Below are positions 1-9,242 of a stretch of 64,000 nt of DNA, one piece after another. Location of the stretch: assembly GCA_036265385.1 (NCBI GenBank), contig DATAPD010000046.1, forward strand, positions 27,059 to 91,058, given 5' to 3'. The position numbers and the translations under genes were made by a program. A model generated the notes under the pieces. It was not told where the DNA came from, ran no database searches, and saw only the letters and a list, made by a program, of their open reading frames with translations. Position 1 is the first letter of the stretch, and each line of letters begins with the position of its first letter. This DNA comes from Terriglobales bacterium (GTDB lineage: Bacteria > Acidobacteriota > Terriglobia > Terriglobales > Acidobacteriaceae).

Positions 1-479
1 GGCGGGACATGGGCGGTGCTGGGCAATTTGGAAATGTAACGATCCGTGCATTTCCAGTCGCCACCGTTTTTAGTCCAGACATCGACAACAAAAGATTGCT
101 TTGTTTGCTTATCGCGCGTTTCACGTAATTCGAAACTCACGATGGTGACATCATCGCGCACCGGTCGGGCAGCCATGTGTTGAATATGAAACGATGTTGG
201 AGGGCTGGAGAATGCGATTTTTTGCCAGTCTTCTCTGGGACTCGCTCCGGGCTGGTCGGGATTCCAGACCTGAAACTCATCATCGAGAAGCTGGTCGAGG
301 GCGGACGAACTTTTCTTCTGGACGGCGGCAGCCCATGCGTTCTCTTTTTCTGAAAAAGTGGCCACGAGTCGAGTCGGGGTGAGGATGCGACCCGTCGCAG
401 GGGTTTGGGACTCCTGCGAGAGTGCTGGCGATATCGCGAGAGCAAACAGCACTAGATTTTTGAGGACTCGGTGAATCAT
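1..479 (-). CDS. NTF2-like / DUF4440-like secreted protein, 3' end runs off the window (not in the ORF track)
   Basis: Manual translation of the minus strand from ATG at 477-479 gives MIHRVLKNLVLFALAISPALSQE... (signal-peptide-like). It then reads ...ALDQLLDDEFQVWNPDQ...VDVWTKNGGDWKCTDRY with no stop down to position 1. The pattern resembles SnoaL/DUF4440 folds. Confidence 0.5.
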   Translation of the reverse strand, partial: MIHRVLKNLVLFALAISPALSQESQTPATGRILTPTRLVATFSEKENAWAAAVQKKSSSALDQLLDDEFQVWNPDQPGASPREDWQKIAFSSPPTSFHIQHMAARPVRDDVTIVSFELRETRDKQTKQSFVVDVWTKNGGDWKCTDRYISKLPSTAHVP

Positions 480-660
480 GGGTTGTTCTTTCTTCAACGT
501 TTGTTTGCGCAATGCGCGAGATCCCTCCGCGCGCTGGCAAAAACGCGCGCGTTCGGGATGAGGGTTCTATGCATTTGAAGTGAAGCGGTTCTCGCACACA
601 AGTGTGTTTTTGGAATGAGAGAAAGAAATGCGTTGGTATTGGATATCTCGATGCACATCC

Positions 661-697
661 TGAAAAATAAGAATGCCGCCCGCGGAAGCAGGCGGCA
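661..697 (-). terminator. Rho-independent terminator candidate downstream of the PHI-1-like gene
   Basis: Stem TGCCGCC (674-680) / GGCGGCA (691-697) with a 10-nt loop. On the minus strand it is followed by TTCTTATTTTT (661-673). It lies about 20 nt after the stop at 717. Confidence 0.5.
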
Positions 698-716
698 CGC
701 ACAATTGATAGTGGCA

Positions 717-1670
717 TTACTGTGTATAAAAGGTTCCACCCAGTCTCTGGTCGCACCCGCCTCCGCGCGAGTTCTCCCAGTTCATCTGGATGAGCCAGTT
801 GTGTCCGCCGAGCACTTGATTGTAACCACCGTTGCCGAGAGTTCCGGTCACAGGCCCAAACTTCCAGGCACATTTGTCGGCATTCTCCGCACCAGCTGAA
901 TCGTACCAGGCATTCAAATCGGGGTCCGTAGCAGTTTCTTCTGCTTCGTGAGCCATAACGGACGCCATGCCATCAGCGCCGCTGTCTCCGTTCGGACTCA
1001 CAGTTTCTTCCTCGCAAGAGGATGGGCACCGATCGGGATTTCCGATGAACGAATACTTGATATCGGAATTCAGCAAAGTCGCGTGCGTATGCCAGCCGCA
1101 GTATTGGCTGCAGAAGCCGGACGTTTCGCGAACATCAGAACTCGTCAATACGAAGTACAGGCCGTTCGTATCCTTGGGCAAGCGGCCACTCGAGATTGCA
1201 TTGGAAACAACGGTTTTCACTCCGGCGTCGCGCAGTCGGGTGCCCTGCGAATAGTTATCGGTGGTTGATCCTGCCAAAACGATGCCGCCGCTCACGTTTG
1301 CGCTGGTATCGCCGTAGGTAGTGTTGATCTTGAAGTAATTGGAATTGTTCAGTCCGCTTGAACCGAACAGCGAGGTCAGTAGATTTACGGTGGTTTGGCT
1401 GTCGGAGGCATGGGCTCCGTTTGTCCAGTTGCCATACCAGATGAAGTAAACGTTGACCGTTCCGTGCATGACTGGACCGTTATGGTAGTTGATACCGTTG
1501 CCGGTCGTGACCGCATAGGGACGTCCAAGTCCTGGAGCGGTGCCGGGAAGCGCTTCAACTCCCCAACCTTTACCGGTCGGAACAACATGCGTGGCTGACT
1601 TGACACTTTGCGCGCTGACCAAAGAAGCACAGGTCAGCAAGACTCCGAGAATGAACAACTGTTTTCGCAT
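717..1670 (-). CDS. Secreted phosphate-induced protein 1 (PHI-1)/EXORDIUM-like protein
   Basis: Start moved to MRKQLFILGVLLTCASLVSAQS (signal peptide) with GGAGGA 6 nt upstream. The body contains NYHNGPVMHGTVNVYFIWYGNW, characteristic of the Phi_1/EXORDIUM family as I recall it. Confidence 0.7.
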   Translation of the reverse strand: MRKQLFILGVLLTCASLVSAQSVKSATHVVPTGKGWGVEALPGTAPGLGRPYAVTTGNGINYHNGPVMHGTVNVYFIWYGNWTNGAHASDSQTTVNLLTSLFGSSGLNNSNYFKINTTYGDTSANVSGGIVLAGSTTDNYSQGTRLRDAGVKTVVSNAISSGRLPKDTNGLYFVLTSSDVRETSGFCSQYCGWHTHATLLNSDIKYSFIGNPDRCPSSCEEETVSPNGDSGADGMASVMAHEAEETATDPDLNAWYDSAGAENADKCAWKFGPVTGTLGNGGYNQVLGGHNWLIQMNWENSRGGGCDQRLGGTFYTQ

Positions 1671-1995
1671 TCTTCCTCCACTTCGATTTGGAAGTACTCC
1701 CAAGGGCGCGTGAGAGCAACTTGCGGCGAGGGCAAACGCGAGTGGAGAGTCAATGTGAAGTTCATGAATCCAGAGGCTCACCCCACGGCAAGTGGGCGGT
1801 AGCGTAGTACGGTGTTGAGCCAGAGTCAACACAACATTAGTACATCCATACGTTTCCGTGGAGAGTTGGATTTTAGTGAAAAAGAAGTGCACTTTTTAGC
1901 ATTGGATTGTCGGATAGTTATCTTTCAAGGCACTGAAGAACTTCCGGAAACGTTATGATGGATATAGATTTCATCTACATGCCAGGTTTTGACGA

Positions 1996-2802
1996 ATGAT
2001 AAACGGCAAGCGCATTGCGGTTGTGTTACCTGCGTACAACGCCGAAAAAACACTTGAAGCGACCGTGCGTGAGTTGCCGGAAATCGTCGACACGACGATT
2101 CTGGTGGATGATCACAGCTCTGACGATACGGTAAGAGTGGCAGAGCAGCTTGGCCTGCAGTATTTCGTCCATACACAGAACTATGGATACGGACGTAACC
2201 AACAAACCTGTTATCGGGAAGCGTTGGCGGCAAATGCCGACATTGTGATCATGGTCCACCCGGATTATCAATACACGCCCCTTTTGGTAACGGCGATGGC
2301 GAGCATGATCGCATATGACGTATATGACGTTGTACTGGGATCGCGAATCATCGGCGGCACCGCGTTGCGCGGTGGAATGCCGATCTGGAAATACATTTCG
2401 AATCGACTGCTGACAGGGTTTGAAAATTTCTTTTTAAAAGCGAAGCTTTCGGAGTACCACTCGGGTTATCGAGCGTTCAGCCGTAAGGTTTTGACGCAGT
2501 TGCCTCTACTAGAGAATTCGGACGATTTCGTATTCGATAACCAGATGTTGGCCCAGTGCGTTCACTTCGGATTCCGCATCGGTGAAGTTTCGTGTCCGAC
2601 AAAATATTTCGAAGAAGCTTCGTCGATCAACTTCAGCCGCAGTGTGACGTATGGCTTTGGAGTCTTGCGAACCTCTCTTCAGTTTGCGCTTGAGCGCTGG
2701 GGCATTGCGCATTTCCGGATCTTCAGCGATAAGGGACGCCGCCTTGAACCAGGTGTACCGGAGTACTATGTCCGGGGCGCGGCGGGTGGCCTGAAGGCCT
2801 AA
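1996..2802 (+). CDS. Family 2 glycosyltransferase (polyprenol-phosphate sugar synthase-like)
   Basis: [18 protein letters not shown]...VDDHSSDDT...MVHPDYQY is a typical GT2 N-terminal Rossmann region with DxD-like motifs. Confidence 0.85.
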   Translation: MINGKRIAVVLPAYNAEKTLEATVRELPEIVDTTILVDDHSSDDTVRVAEQLGLQYFVHTQNYGYGRNQQTCYREALAANADIVIMVHPDYQYTPLLVTAMASMIAYDVYDVVLGSRIIGGTALRGGMPIWKYISNRLLTGFENFFLKAKLSEYHSGYRAFSRKVLTQLPLLENSDDFVFDNQMLAQCVHFGFRIGEVSCPTKYFEEASSINFSRSVTYGFGVLRTSLQFALERWGIAHFRIFSDKGRRLEPGVPEYYVRGAAGGLKA

Positions 2803-2805
2803 TCC

Positions 2806-4263
2806 TTGAGAAACAAAATCCGAGATCTCGCTAGACTGTTGGCAATTTCAGTCGGCGCGATTCTTGTCCATGGTTACCACCCTTATGTCGAAGACGCTGA
2901 GATTTACCTGCCGGGCGTTAAGAAGTTACTGAATCCTGCACTTTACCCGTACAACCAAGCTTTCTACGCTTCGCACGCGCATTTGTCCTTTTTCCCGAAC
3001 ATCATTGCGGGCTCAATTCGGTTGACTCACATCCCCTTCGATTGGGCAATTCTGTCCTGGCAGTTCGTGTGCGTGTTCGTCCTTCTTTATGCGTGCTGGC
3101 GACTCGGCAACCTGGTTTTTCGCGATCGCATGGCCAGCTGGGGCGGGACGGCACTTGTCGCTTCTTTGCTCACGATACCGATCGCAGGCACGGCGCTCTA
3201 CATCATGGACCAATACCTCACGGCACGGTCGATGTCGACAGCGACTGTGATGATGATGGTGGTTAGTGCTGTTGAGAAGAGGTATTTGCGAAGCGGTTTG
3301 TGGGCGGTTGTTACGGCACTCGTTCATCCACTCATGGTCGGGTTCGGAGTGTCGTATTGCGTGGTGCTCGTTCTTGAGCGGAGGGACAGGCGCCGAAATG
3401 TTTCAGCGGCTACTGTCGCGCTATTGTTCCCGCTTGGACTGTTCCCGCCTGCGACCGACGCATATCGGCAAGTGGTGCAGAGCCGATCCTATTTTTTCTT
3501 ATTGCAATGGGAGTGGTACGAATGGCTGGGTATTTTTGCACCACTCTTAATTTTCTGGTGGTACGCACGGATTGCTAAGAAACAAAACTTTCCTGTTCTC
3601 GTGGCGATGTGCCGAGCGTTGATTGTGTACGGCGCGATCTTCTTCGTGGCCGGCCTGATACTGACAATTCCCTCAAGCATGCTACCGTTCGCACAATTGC
3701 AACCGCTCCGCGCATTGCATCTGGAATACATCCTGTTGTTCGTGTTCACAGGTGGTCTGTTAGGTAAGTTCGTTTTGAAGAAACACGTGTGGCGCTGGCT
3801 ATTGGTGTTCGTGCCGTTATGCGGAGGTATGTTTTATGCGTCGCGAGAACTATTCCCGGACTCACGACATCTTGAATTGCCGAATGCGAATCCCCGTAAC
3901 GTTTGGGTGGACGCTTTTTTGTGGGTAAGGAACAACACACCCACGGGCGCGTACTTTGCGCTCAATCCTGGGCACATGGAATTACCGGGTGAGGATCAAC
4001 ACGGATTTCGTGCGATTGCGGAACGGTCGATGCTTGCCGATCGGGTGAAGGACTCTGGCGTTGTGACCATGTTTCCGCGTCTGGCCGAGACGTGGATGGA
4101 GCAGACTAATGCTCAGAAGAACTGGAAAGAATTCAAGCAAGCGGATCTGCTTAGACTGAAAAGCGTTTACGGAGTGAATTGGGTTGTGCTCGAGAAGCCC
4201 GGGATCCCGGGGCTCACCTGCCCTTACGAAAATGCTCGCCTCCTCGTCTGCAGGATTGAATAA
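2806..4263 (+). CDS. Polytopic membrane protein, possible GT-C type glycosyltransferase partner of the GT2
   Basis: 485 aa with about 10 hydrophobic segments and a soluble C-terminal part. It starts (TTG) 3 nt after the GT2 stop. There is no specific motif I can name. Confidence 0.45.
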   Translation: MRNKIRDLARLLAISVGAILVHGYHPYVEDAEIYLPGVKKLLNPALYPYNQAFYASHAHLSFFPNIIAGSIRLTHIPFDWAILSWQFVCVFVLLYACWRLGNLVFRDRMASWGGTALVASLLTIPIAGTALYIMDQYLTARSMSTATVMMMVVSAVEKRYLRSGLWAVVTALVHPLMVGFGVSYCVVLVLERRDRRRNVSAATVALLFPLGLFPPATDAYRQVVQSRSYFFLLQWEWYEWLGIFAPLLIFWWYARIAKKQNFPVLVAMCRALIVYGAIFFVAGLILTIPSSMLPFAQLQPLRALHLEYILLFVFTGGLLGKFVLKKHVWRWLLVFVPLCGGMFYASRELFPDSRHLELPNANPRNVWVDAFLWVRNNTPTGAYFALNPGHMELPGEDQHGFRAIAERSMLADRVKDSGVVTMFPRLAETWMEQTNAQKNWKEFKQADLLRLKSVYGVNWVVLEKPGIPGLTCPYENARLLVCRIE

Positions 4264-4314
4264 GGTTTATGAGCCGGAAACTGGCGAGGAAAGCTGCGAT
4301 TGTTTAGCATCTAA

Positions 4315-5562
4315 TTGATCATGCCCACAGCCACGGCAACTTCGCTTGGCAGACGCAGCATTGCGCTGGGCGAGATTCTGTCTTTCGCCTACGAGACCTT
4401 TACGAGCAACAAGGTGAAGTTTGCGCTGACGGCGCTCGGGATGATTATCGGTACGGCATCGCTGATCCTGGTGACGACCATCGGGCTTACGGGAAAGCAG
4501 TACGTCCTAAATCTCATTCAGTCGATCGGGGCCAATGAGATTTACGCGGAGTACGAGGGTGGCGCCCCGAGAATCACAAATGTGAGCGCGGATCCGCTGA
4601 CGATTGATGATATGAAAGCGGTGCTTGCTCAAGTGCCGGGGATTGCTGCTGCGACACCGGTGGTACCGCTCGATGAGCGCGTTCCAATCGGAAATGGGCA
4701 GGAACGAGACGTGCGCGTTTTGGGCGTTTATCCCGATTACATTGTGGTGCGGAATTTGGTGGTGGTCAGCGGCCGGTTCTTTGATGACCAAGACTCACAT
4801 GCTCATAACAAAGTCGGTGTCATCACGCAGGAGATGGCAACCCAGTTTTATGGATCTCCGGACGAGGCCGTGGGTAAGGTCGTCAAGTTGAGTGGCCTCC
4901 CATTCACGATCATTGGCACTTTCAAGGAGCGCGTCGATACATTCGGCCAGACCGAGGTCACCAACAATACGATGGTGATTCCGTATGCGGTCAGCTTGTA
5001 TTTTCAGGACACGCCGACGGTGAAGCAGATTTACTTCTCAACCGTCGACGCTTCGGACGTGATTCCGGTGACAGAGCAGATCCGCAAGGTGATCCAGTCG
5101 CGGCACCGGCCCGAGTCCGTTTACAACGTCCAGAACCTTACGCAGTTGGTTGCAGTGGCTGAAAAGACTGCGAATGCGCTGACGCTGGTGTTGCTTAGCG
5201 TGTCATTGGTGGTGTTGCTGGTGAGCGGAATCGGCATTATGAACATCATGCTGTCGACCGTGAGTTCGAGGATTCGGGAGATAGGCGTTCGGAAGGCAAT
5301 CGGCGCCACCACACGGGAGATCCGGTTCCAGTTTTTGTCTGAGGCAATACTGATTTCGCTTGTTGGAGGAATCCTGGGAACGATCATTGGATTGGCGCTC
5401 CCATTTTCAGTCCGCTTCTTCACGGATTACCGTCTGCCGATTTCAGGTCTGTCAGCGATTATCGCGATTGTGGTTTCGTCGCTGGTCGGAATAATCTTTG
5501 GAACGGTGCCGGCAACGCGCGCGGCACAACTCGATCCGGTGGAGAGTTTGAGGTACGAGTAG
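4315..5562 (+). CDS. ABC transporter permease, MacB-like periplasmic core plus FtsX domain
   Basis: N-terminal TM, a large periplasmic domain, and a C-terminal FtsX-type 3-TM bundle (…REIGVRKAIGAT..I..QFL.EA…). The alternative ATG start is at 4321. No cognate ATPase gene is adjacent. Confidence 0.85.
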   Translation: MIMPTATATSLGRRSIALGEILSFAYETFTSNKVKFALTALGMIIGTASLILVTTIGLTGKQYVLNLIQSIGANEIYAEYEGGAPRITNVSADPLTIDDMKAVLAQVPGIAAATPVVPLDERVPIGNGQERDVRVLGVYPDYIVVRNLVVVSGRFFDDQDSHAHNKVGVITQEMATQFYGSPDEAVGKVVKLSGLPFTIIGTFKERVDTFGQTEVTNNTMVIPYAVSLYFQDTPTVKQIYFSTVDASDVIPVTEQIRKVIQSRHRPESVYNVQNLTQLVAVAEKTANALTLVLLSVSLVVLLVSGIGIMNIMLSTVSSRIREIGVRKAIGATTREIRFQFLSEAILISLVGGILGTIIGLALPFSVRFFTDYRLPISGLSAIIAIVVSSLVGIIFGTVPATRAAQLDPVESLRYE

Positions 5563-5566
5563 AGAA

Positions 5567-5601
5567 GCACTCAGCATTCAGCACTCAGCATTCAGTCATT
5601 C
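5567..5601. repeat. 14-nt tandem repeat (GCACTCAGCATTCA x2 plus a partial copy)
   Basis: Direct reading gives gcactcagcattca at 5567-5580 and again at 5581-5594, then gtcattc. The region is intergenic between convergent genes. Confidence 0.7.
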
Positions 5602-5689
5602 GAGTGTCGCGGCGTGTAAAACAAAGTTCCTTCCGGTCCTCGTATTGATGTAAGAGGCTGTTGGCGAAAAGGCAGCCAAGTGCTGACAG

Positions 5690-6175
5690 TTAACCCCGAA
5701 ATTCCCATTTCGTCGCGGTTTCCGCGAATTCCTTTTCATACATGGCAAACACGACGGAAGGGCGCACCTCGAAAATCGGTCCCATTTTCGGGTCGAGTTT
5801 CCATGGCTTGTATTTGCGGTGGTAGTGCGGCGCGATGCTTGTGAGTAGTTTCTTATCTCGAACAGCCGTCGCAGTTCCTTCCACGATTACTGCTTCGTGC
5901 GCCTTCTCGGTGCACAGTACACAGTGACGATTCTTTGCGAGATTCTTAGCCTTTCGCGATTTTGCGCCAGTGCTGAAATAGAACCGGCTGTCCACCCAGA
6001 CGCCCCAGATTGGCATGCAATGCGGAGTACGATCTGGCCGCACCGTCATGAGCCAATAATTATGGGATTTTGTTAAACGATCTTCGGCCCACTTCCAGGG
6101 TAGGAGGCCGTCGGAGGCGGGAGGGAATCCGTAACCTGGAGCAACGGGTCGAGAAGAGTTAGGCGGCTTCGGCAT
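5690..6175 (-). CDS. Pyridoxamine 5'-phosphate oxidase family (FMN/F420-binding split-barrel) protein
   Basis: HNYWLMTVRPDRTPHCMPIWGVWVDSRFYFSTG...AVIVEGTA resembles the PPOX-class split beta-barrel family. Confidence 0.65.
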   Translation of the reverse strand: MPKPPNSSRPVAPGYGFPPASDGLLPWKWAEDRLTKSHNYWLMTVRPDRTPHCMPIWGVWVDSRFYFSTGAKSRKAKNLAKNRHCVLCTEKAHEAVIVEGTATAVRDKKLLTSIAPHYHRKYKPWKLDPKMGPIFEVRPSVVFAMYEKEFAETATKWEFRG

Positions 6176-6225
6176 CGAAACATTCTGTCATAAGCAGACT
6201 GCTCAAGCCCGGCGAGTTGTGAACG

Positions 6226-6268
6226 CAAAAGAAAAAGCCGGGCTGGTTGACCCGGCTTCCACTTTTTT
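6226..6268 (-). terminator. Bidirectional-looking intrinsic terminator
   Basis: Stem GCCGGG (6237-6242) / CCCGGC (6251-6256) with an 8-nt loop. It is flanked by an A-run (6226-6236, a T-run on the minus strand) and TTCCACTTTTTT on the plus side. It lies just downstream of the minus-strand ORF ending at 6290. Confidence 0.55.
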
Positions 6269-6289
6269 ACTTACATCAACCGAAACTTG

Positions 6290-6529
6290 TTACATCACCA
6301 GGGCGAGCGCTTCGAGTTCGTGCTGCAAAACCGGGAATGCACATCCGGCCATTTCAACACGCCCCGCTGCATCGAGAGCTGCCTGCGGCGACACCCCGTA
6401 GCCGCGCCCCATCAGGAAGACCTGCAAAAGTTCTGCTGCTTCGCGCGAATCGATCATGCCGCCCTGCAGCAAATCGTTTCGCAACGCCGATATTTCTGTC
6501 ACCGAGAACCGTTCTTTCATGGTCGTCAT
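6290..6529 (-). CDS. Small hypothetical protein (79 aa)
   Basis: Start set at MTTMKERF, preceded by GGAGGTG. I recognise no family. Support is the terminator downstream and the SD upstream. Confidence 0.4.
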   Translation of the reverse strand: MTTMKERFSVTEISALRNDLLQGGMIDSREAAELLQVFLMGRGYGVSPQAALDAAGRVEMAGCAFPVLQHELEALALVM

Positions 6530-6799
6530 CACCTCCGACCTCTCTTGCCTGATTAGACTCATCGGCAGCTTGATTTGTTGCATGCAATTTGGAGGCCGTA
6601 ACTTTGGTACCGGGATGGCTGGATACCGCTAGGGTACGAGAGTGCGGTAAGGCACTGTATTTATGACCACTTGTGAAGGCATTCAGGAGGGGAAAGATGA
6701 GCGCACTTTTGGCTAAGCGGGTTACCAGAGTTGACACGAAGTGTCGGTTTGGGACAGAAAGCGTCGGACGGTGCGTGAGTTCACGCGGGATGAAGCGAG

Positions 6800-6970
6800 C
6801 TAGACAGGATCCGTTGTAGCCTCGTCAACGAGCAGGATCGGAATGTCATCCCGCACGGGGTAGACGCGGCTGCATTCACCACACTTCAAGCTCTCGCCAT
6901 TATCTTTTTCGACGAGTGGCTTTTTACAGACCGGGCAGACCAGGATTTCTAGCAGCTCTTTGGAAACCAT
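6800..6970 (-). CDS. Trm112/YcaR (UPF0434) family zinc-ribbon protein
   Basis: MVSKELLEILVCPVCKKPLVEKDNGESLKCGECSRVYPVRDDIPILLVDEA is the canonical Trm112 pattern. The 169-aa track ORF is an upstream over-extension. Confidence 0.8.
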   Translation of the reverse strand: MVSKELLEILVCPVCKKPLVEKDNGESLKCGECSRVYPVRDDIPILLVDEATTDPV

Positions 6971-7081
6971 GGGCTGATTGTACGCCGGAATCGTAGGGTC
7001 CGAACGGCAGCCCATGTGATCAAACGCCCGAATTGGATTGTTGTGTACGATAGAAGTTGCATACAGAACTGGGAGACGTGC

Positions 7082-8020
7082 ATGGGAGCCACCGTTCTCG
7101 ACGGAACCAAAATCGCTGCCGAAATACGGGCAGAGGTCGCAGCTGAAGTGCGGAGCATGTCTGCCGGGGGAGTACGTCCGGGACTGGCGGTTGTGCTGGT
7201 CGGCCACAATCCGGCCTCGGAAATTTACGTGCGCGGCAAGGTTAAGAGCTGCGAAGAAGTCGGGATTTATAGCGAAAAACATACGCCGCCGGAGAGTTCG
7301 AGCACGCAAGACTTGCTTGCGCTGATTGAGGAGTTGAACAGGCGCGAAGAGATCGATGGAATTCTGGTGCAGTTGCCGTTACCTCCGCAGGTAGACGCCA
7401 AGAAAGTGTTGCTGGCGGTTGATCCGGGGAAGGATGTGGATGGGTTCCATCCAATGAATGTGGGATTTCTTTCGACGCAGAGGCCGGGGCTGGTGCCGTG
7501 CACCCCAGCTGGAGTGATGGAAATTTTGAACCGAAGCAAAATCCCCGTTGCAGGTCAGGAAGCAGTTGTTGTCGGGCGAAGCGACATTGTCGGTAAGCCG
7601 GTTGCGATGCTGCTGACGAATGCCAACGCGACCGTAACAATCTGTCACTCAAAGACTCGGGACTTGCCGGGAGTTTGCCGACGTGCTGACATCCTGGTGG
7701 CGGCGATCGGGAAGGCCGGATTGATTAGCCGCGATTTTGTGAAGCCGGGTGCGACGGTAATCGATGTCGGAATGAACACAGTCACGGATCCGGCCGAGTT
7801 TCGGCGGTTCTTTGCCGGAAACCTGAAGCGCGAAGAAACGTTTGCCAAGAAAGGCTCCACGCTGATGGGAGATGTGGATCCGCACGTGACCGAGGTGGCA
7901 GGGGCCATGACGCTAGTGCCGGGAGGCGTTGGTCCGCTCACGATCGCGATGCTGATGGCGAATACAGTGAAGGCGGCAAAGATGCGACGCGGTTCGGTCG
8001 TGACTGCGATGGCGAGATAA
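7082..8020 (+). CDS. folD: Bifunctional methylenetetrahydrofolate dehydrogenase/methenyl-THF cyclohydrolase
   Basis: MGATVLDGTKIAAEIR..., GILVQLPLP, VVVGRSDIVGKPVAMLL and PVPGGVGPLT-type motifs. Start moved to the internal ATG at 7082. Confidence 0.95.
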   Translation: MGATVLDGTKIAAEIRAEVAAEVRSMSAGGVRPGLAVVLVGHNPASEIYVRGKVKSCEEVGIYSEKHTPPESSSTQDLLALIEELNRREEIDGILVQLPLPPQVDAKKVLLAVDPGKDVDGFHPMNVGFLSTQRPGLVPCTPAGVMEILNRSKIPVAGQEAVVVGRSDIVGKPVAMLLTNANATVTICHSKTRDLPGVCRRADILVAAIGKAGLISRDFVKPGATVIDVGMNTVTDPAEFRRFFAGNLKREETFAKKGSTLMGDVDPHVTEVAGAMTLVPGGVGPLTIAMLMANTVKAAKMRRGSVVTAMAR

Positions 8021-8070
8021 GAATGGCGCAAGTATCCGGTGTCTCTCTTCGTGTGGTGAAATAATCCGCC

Positions 8071-8706
8071 ATGCTCAAGGTGGGCCTTACCGGCGGGATT
8101 GCCAGCGGAAAATCGGTGGTGGGCGAGATGTTCGCTAAGCGTGGGGCGCATGTCATCCAAGCTGATGTCATCTCGCATGAACTGATGCAACCCGGCCAGC
8201 CTGTTTACCAGGAGGTAGTTCGGCGATTTGGAAAGCAGATTCTGAACGCTGATGGGACTGTCAATCGGCCAAAGCTAGCAGAAGCGGCCTTTGGAACGCC
8301 GGGATCGAATGGCCCGTCACGAGTACAAGAATTGAATCAGATTGTTCACCCGGCGGTGATCAGTCGGCAGGAAGAGTGGATGGATGAAGTCGGGCGGCGC
8401 GATCGGAAGGCAGTAGCGATAGTGGAGGCAGCTCTGATCCTGGAGGCTGGCGCGGCGGAGCGCTTTGACAAACTGGTCGTCGTAACCTGTGAAACAGTCC
8501 AGCGCATTCAACGTTTCGCAAGCCGGATGAAGATCTCTCTTGATGCGGCACGTGACGAAGTGGCACGACGCATCGCGGCCCAGCTGCCGGATGAAGAGAA
8601 GATCAAAGCTGCCGATTACGTCATCGATAATTCAGGTTCGCTGGACGCAACGGAAGCACAAGTGGCGGAAGTGTGGGACGTTTTGAGGGAAAAGGCAGGA
8701 CGATAG
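8071..8706 (+). CDS. coaE: Dephospho-CoA kinase
   Basis: MLKVGLTGGIASGKSVVGEMF (P-loop) plus the overall CoaE layout. Confidence 0.9.
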   Translation: MLKVGLTGGIASGKSVVGEMFAKRGAHVIQADVISHELMQPGQPVYQEVVRRFGKQILNADGTVNRPKLAEAAFGTPGSNGPSRVQELNQIVHPAVISRQEEWMDEVGRRDRKAVAIVEAALILEAGAAERFDKLVVVTCETVQRIQRFASRMKISLDAARDEVARRIAAQLPDEEKIKAADYVIDNSGSLDATEAQVAEVWDVLREKAGR

Positions 8707-8788
8707 AGCGTCAGTCTGCCTGCTCCAGGGTGCAGGCTCCAGCTTTGGAATGAAGTACAAACCAGGTCTCATTCGGATTTGGTTGCGA

Positions 8789-9139
8789 TCAGTTTTTTTC
8801 TGACGGGTTGACAAGCCAGCGCAGCAACATGTTCACAAGACTGAGCACGATCGCACCCCAGAACGCCGCCCAGAACGTAGACACGTGAAAGCCGGGCACG
8901 ACGGCGCCGGCGAGCTCCAGCATGATTGCGTTGATGATCAGCCAGAAAATTCCCAGTGTGAGCACAGTCAGCGGAAACGTAATGATCTTCAAGAATATGC
9001 CTAGCGTTGCATTGATAAATCCGATCACGAGCGCTGCAATCAGCGCCGCCAAAGGGCCACTTACGGAGATGCCCGGCACGATACGTGAGACGATCCAAAC
9101 CGCCAGCGCACTCAGTACCCAATTCAGAAGCATCCGCAT
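8789..9139 (-). CDS. Phage holin superfamily IV-like (YvlD/DUF360) small membrane protein
   Basis: 116 aa with four hydrophobic helices. MRMLLNWVLSALAVWIVSRIVPGISV... is typical of this family. Confidence 0.65.
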   Translation of the reverse strand: MRMLLNWVLSALAVWIVSRIVPGISVSGPLAALIAALVIGFINATLGIFLKIITFPLTVLTLGIFWLIINAIMLELAGAVVPGFHVSTFWAAFWGAIVLSLVNMLLRWLVNPSEKN

Positions 9140-9242
9140 TTAAGGGCCCTCCTGGTTCGTGAAAAATATAAGCGGCAGCAGCCGGAACGGCAATCGGCTC
9201 GATCTTTCCTAAAGCCACTTCTGCCACGTCTAGAATATCGTT

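Noticed and set aside
137-873. Track ORFs 137..445(-), 194..382(+), 280..873(-) at the window start
   Set aside because: Their translations are low-complexity or Arg-rich. A different minus-strand frame (1..479, open to the window edge and absent from the track) gives a signal peptide plus a DUF4440-like domain and explains the region better.
6971-7309. N-terminal 113-aa extension of the Trm112 ORF (track ORF 6800..7309), and the FolD ORF starting at 7016
   Set aside because: The extension overlaps the folD start region on the other strand and has Arg-rich nonsense composition. The conserved proteins begin at MVSKELLEILVCP (6970) and MGATVLDG (7082).
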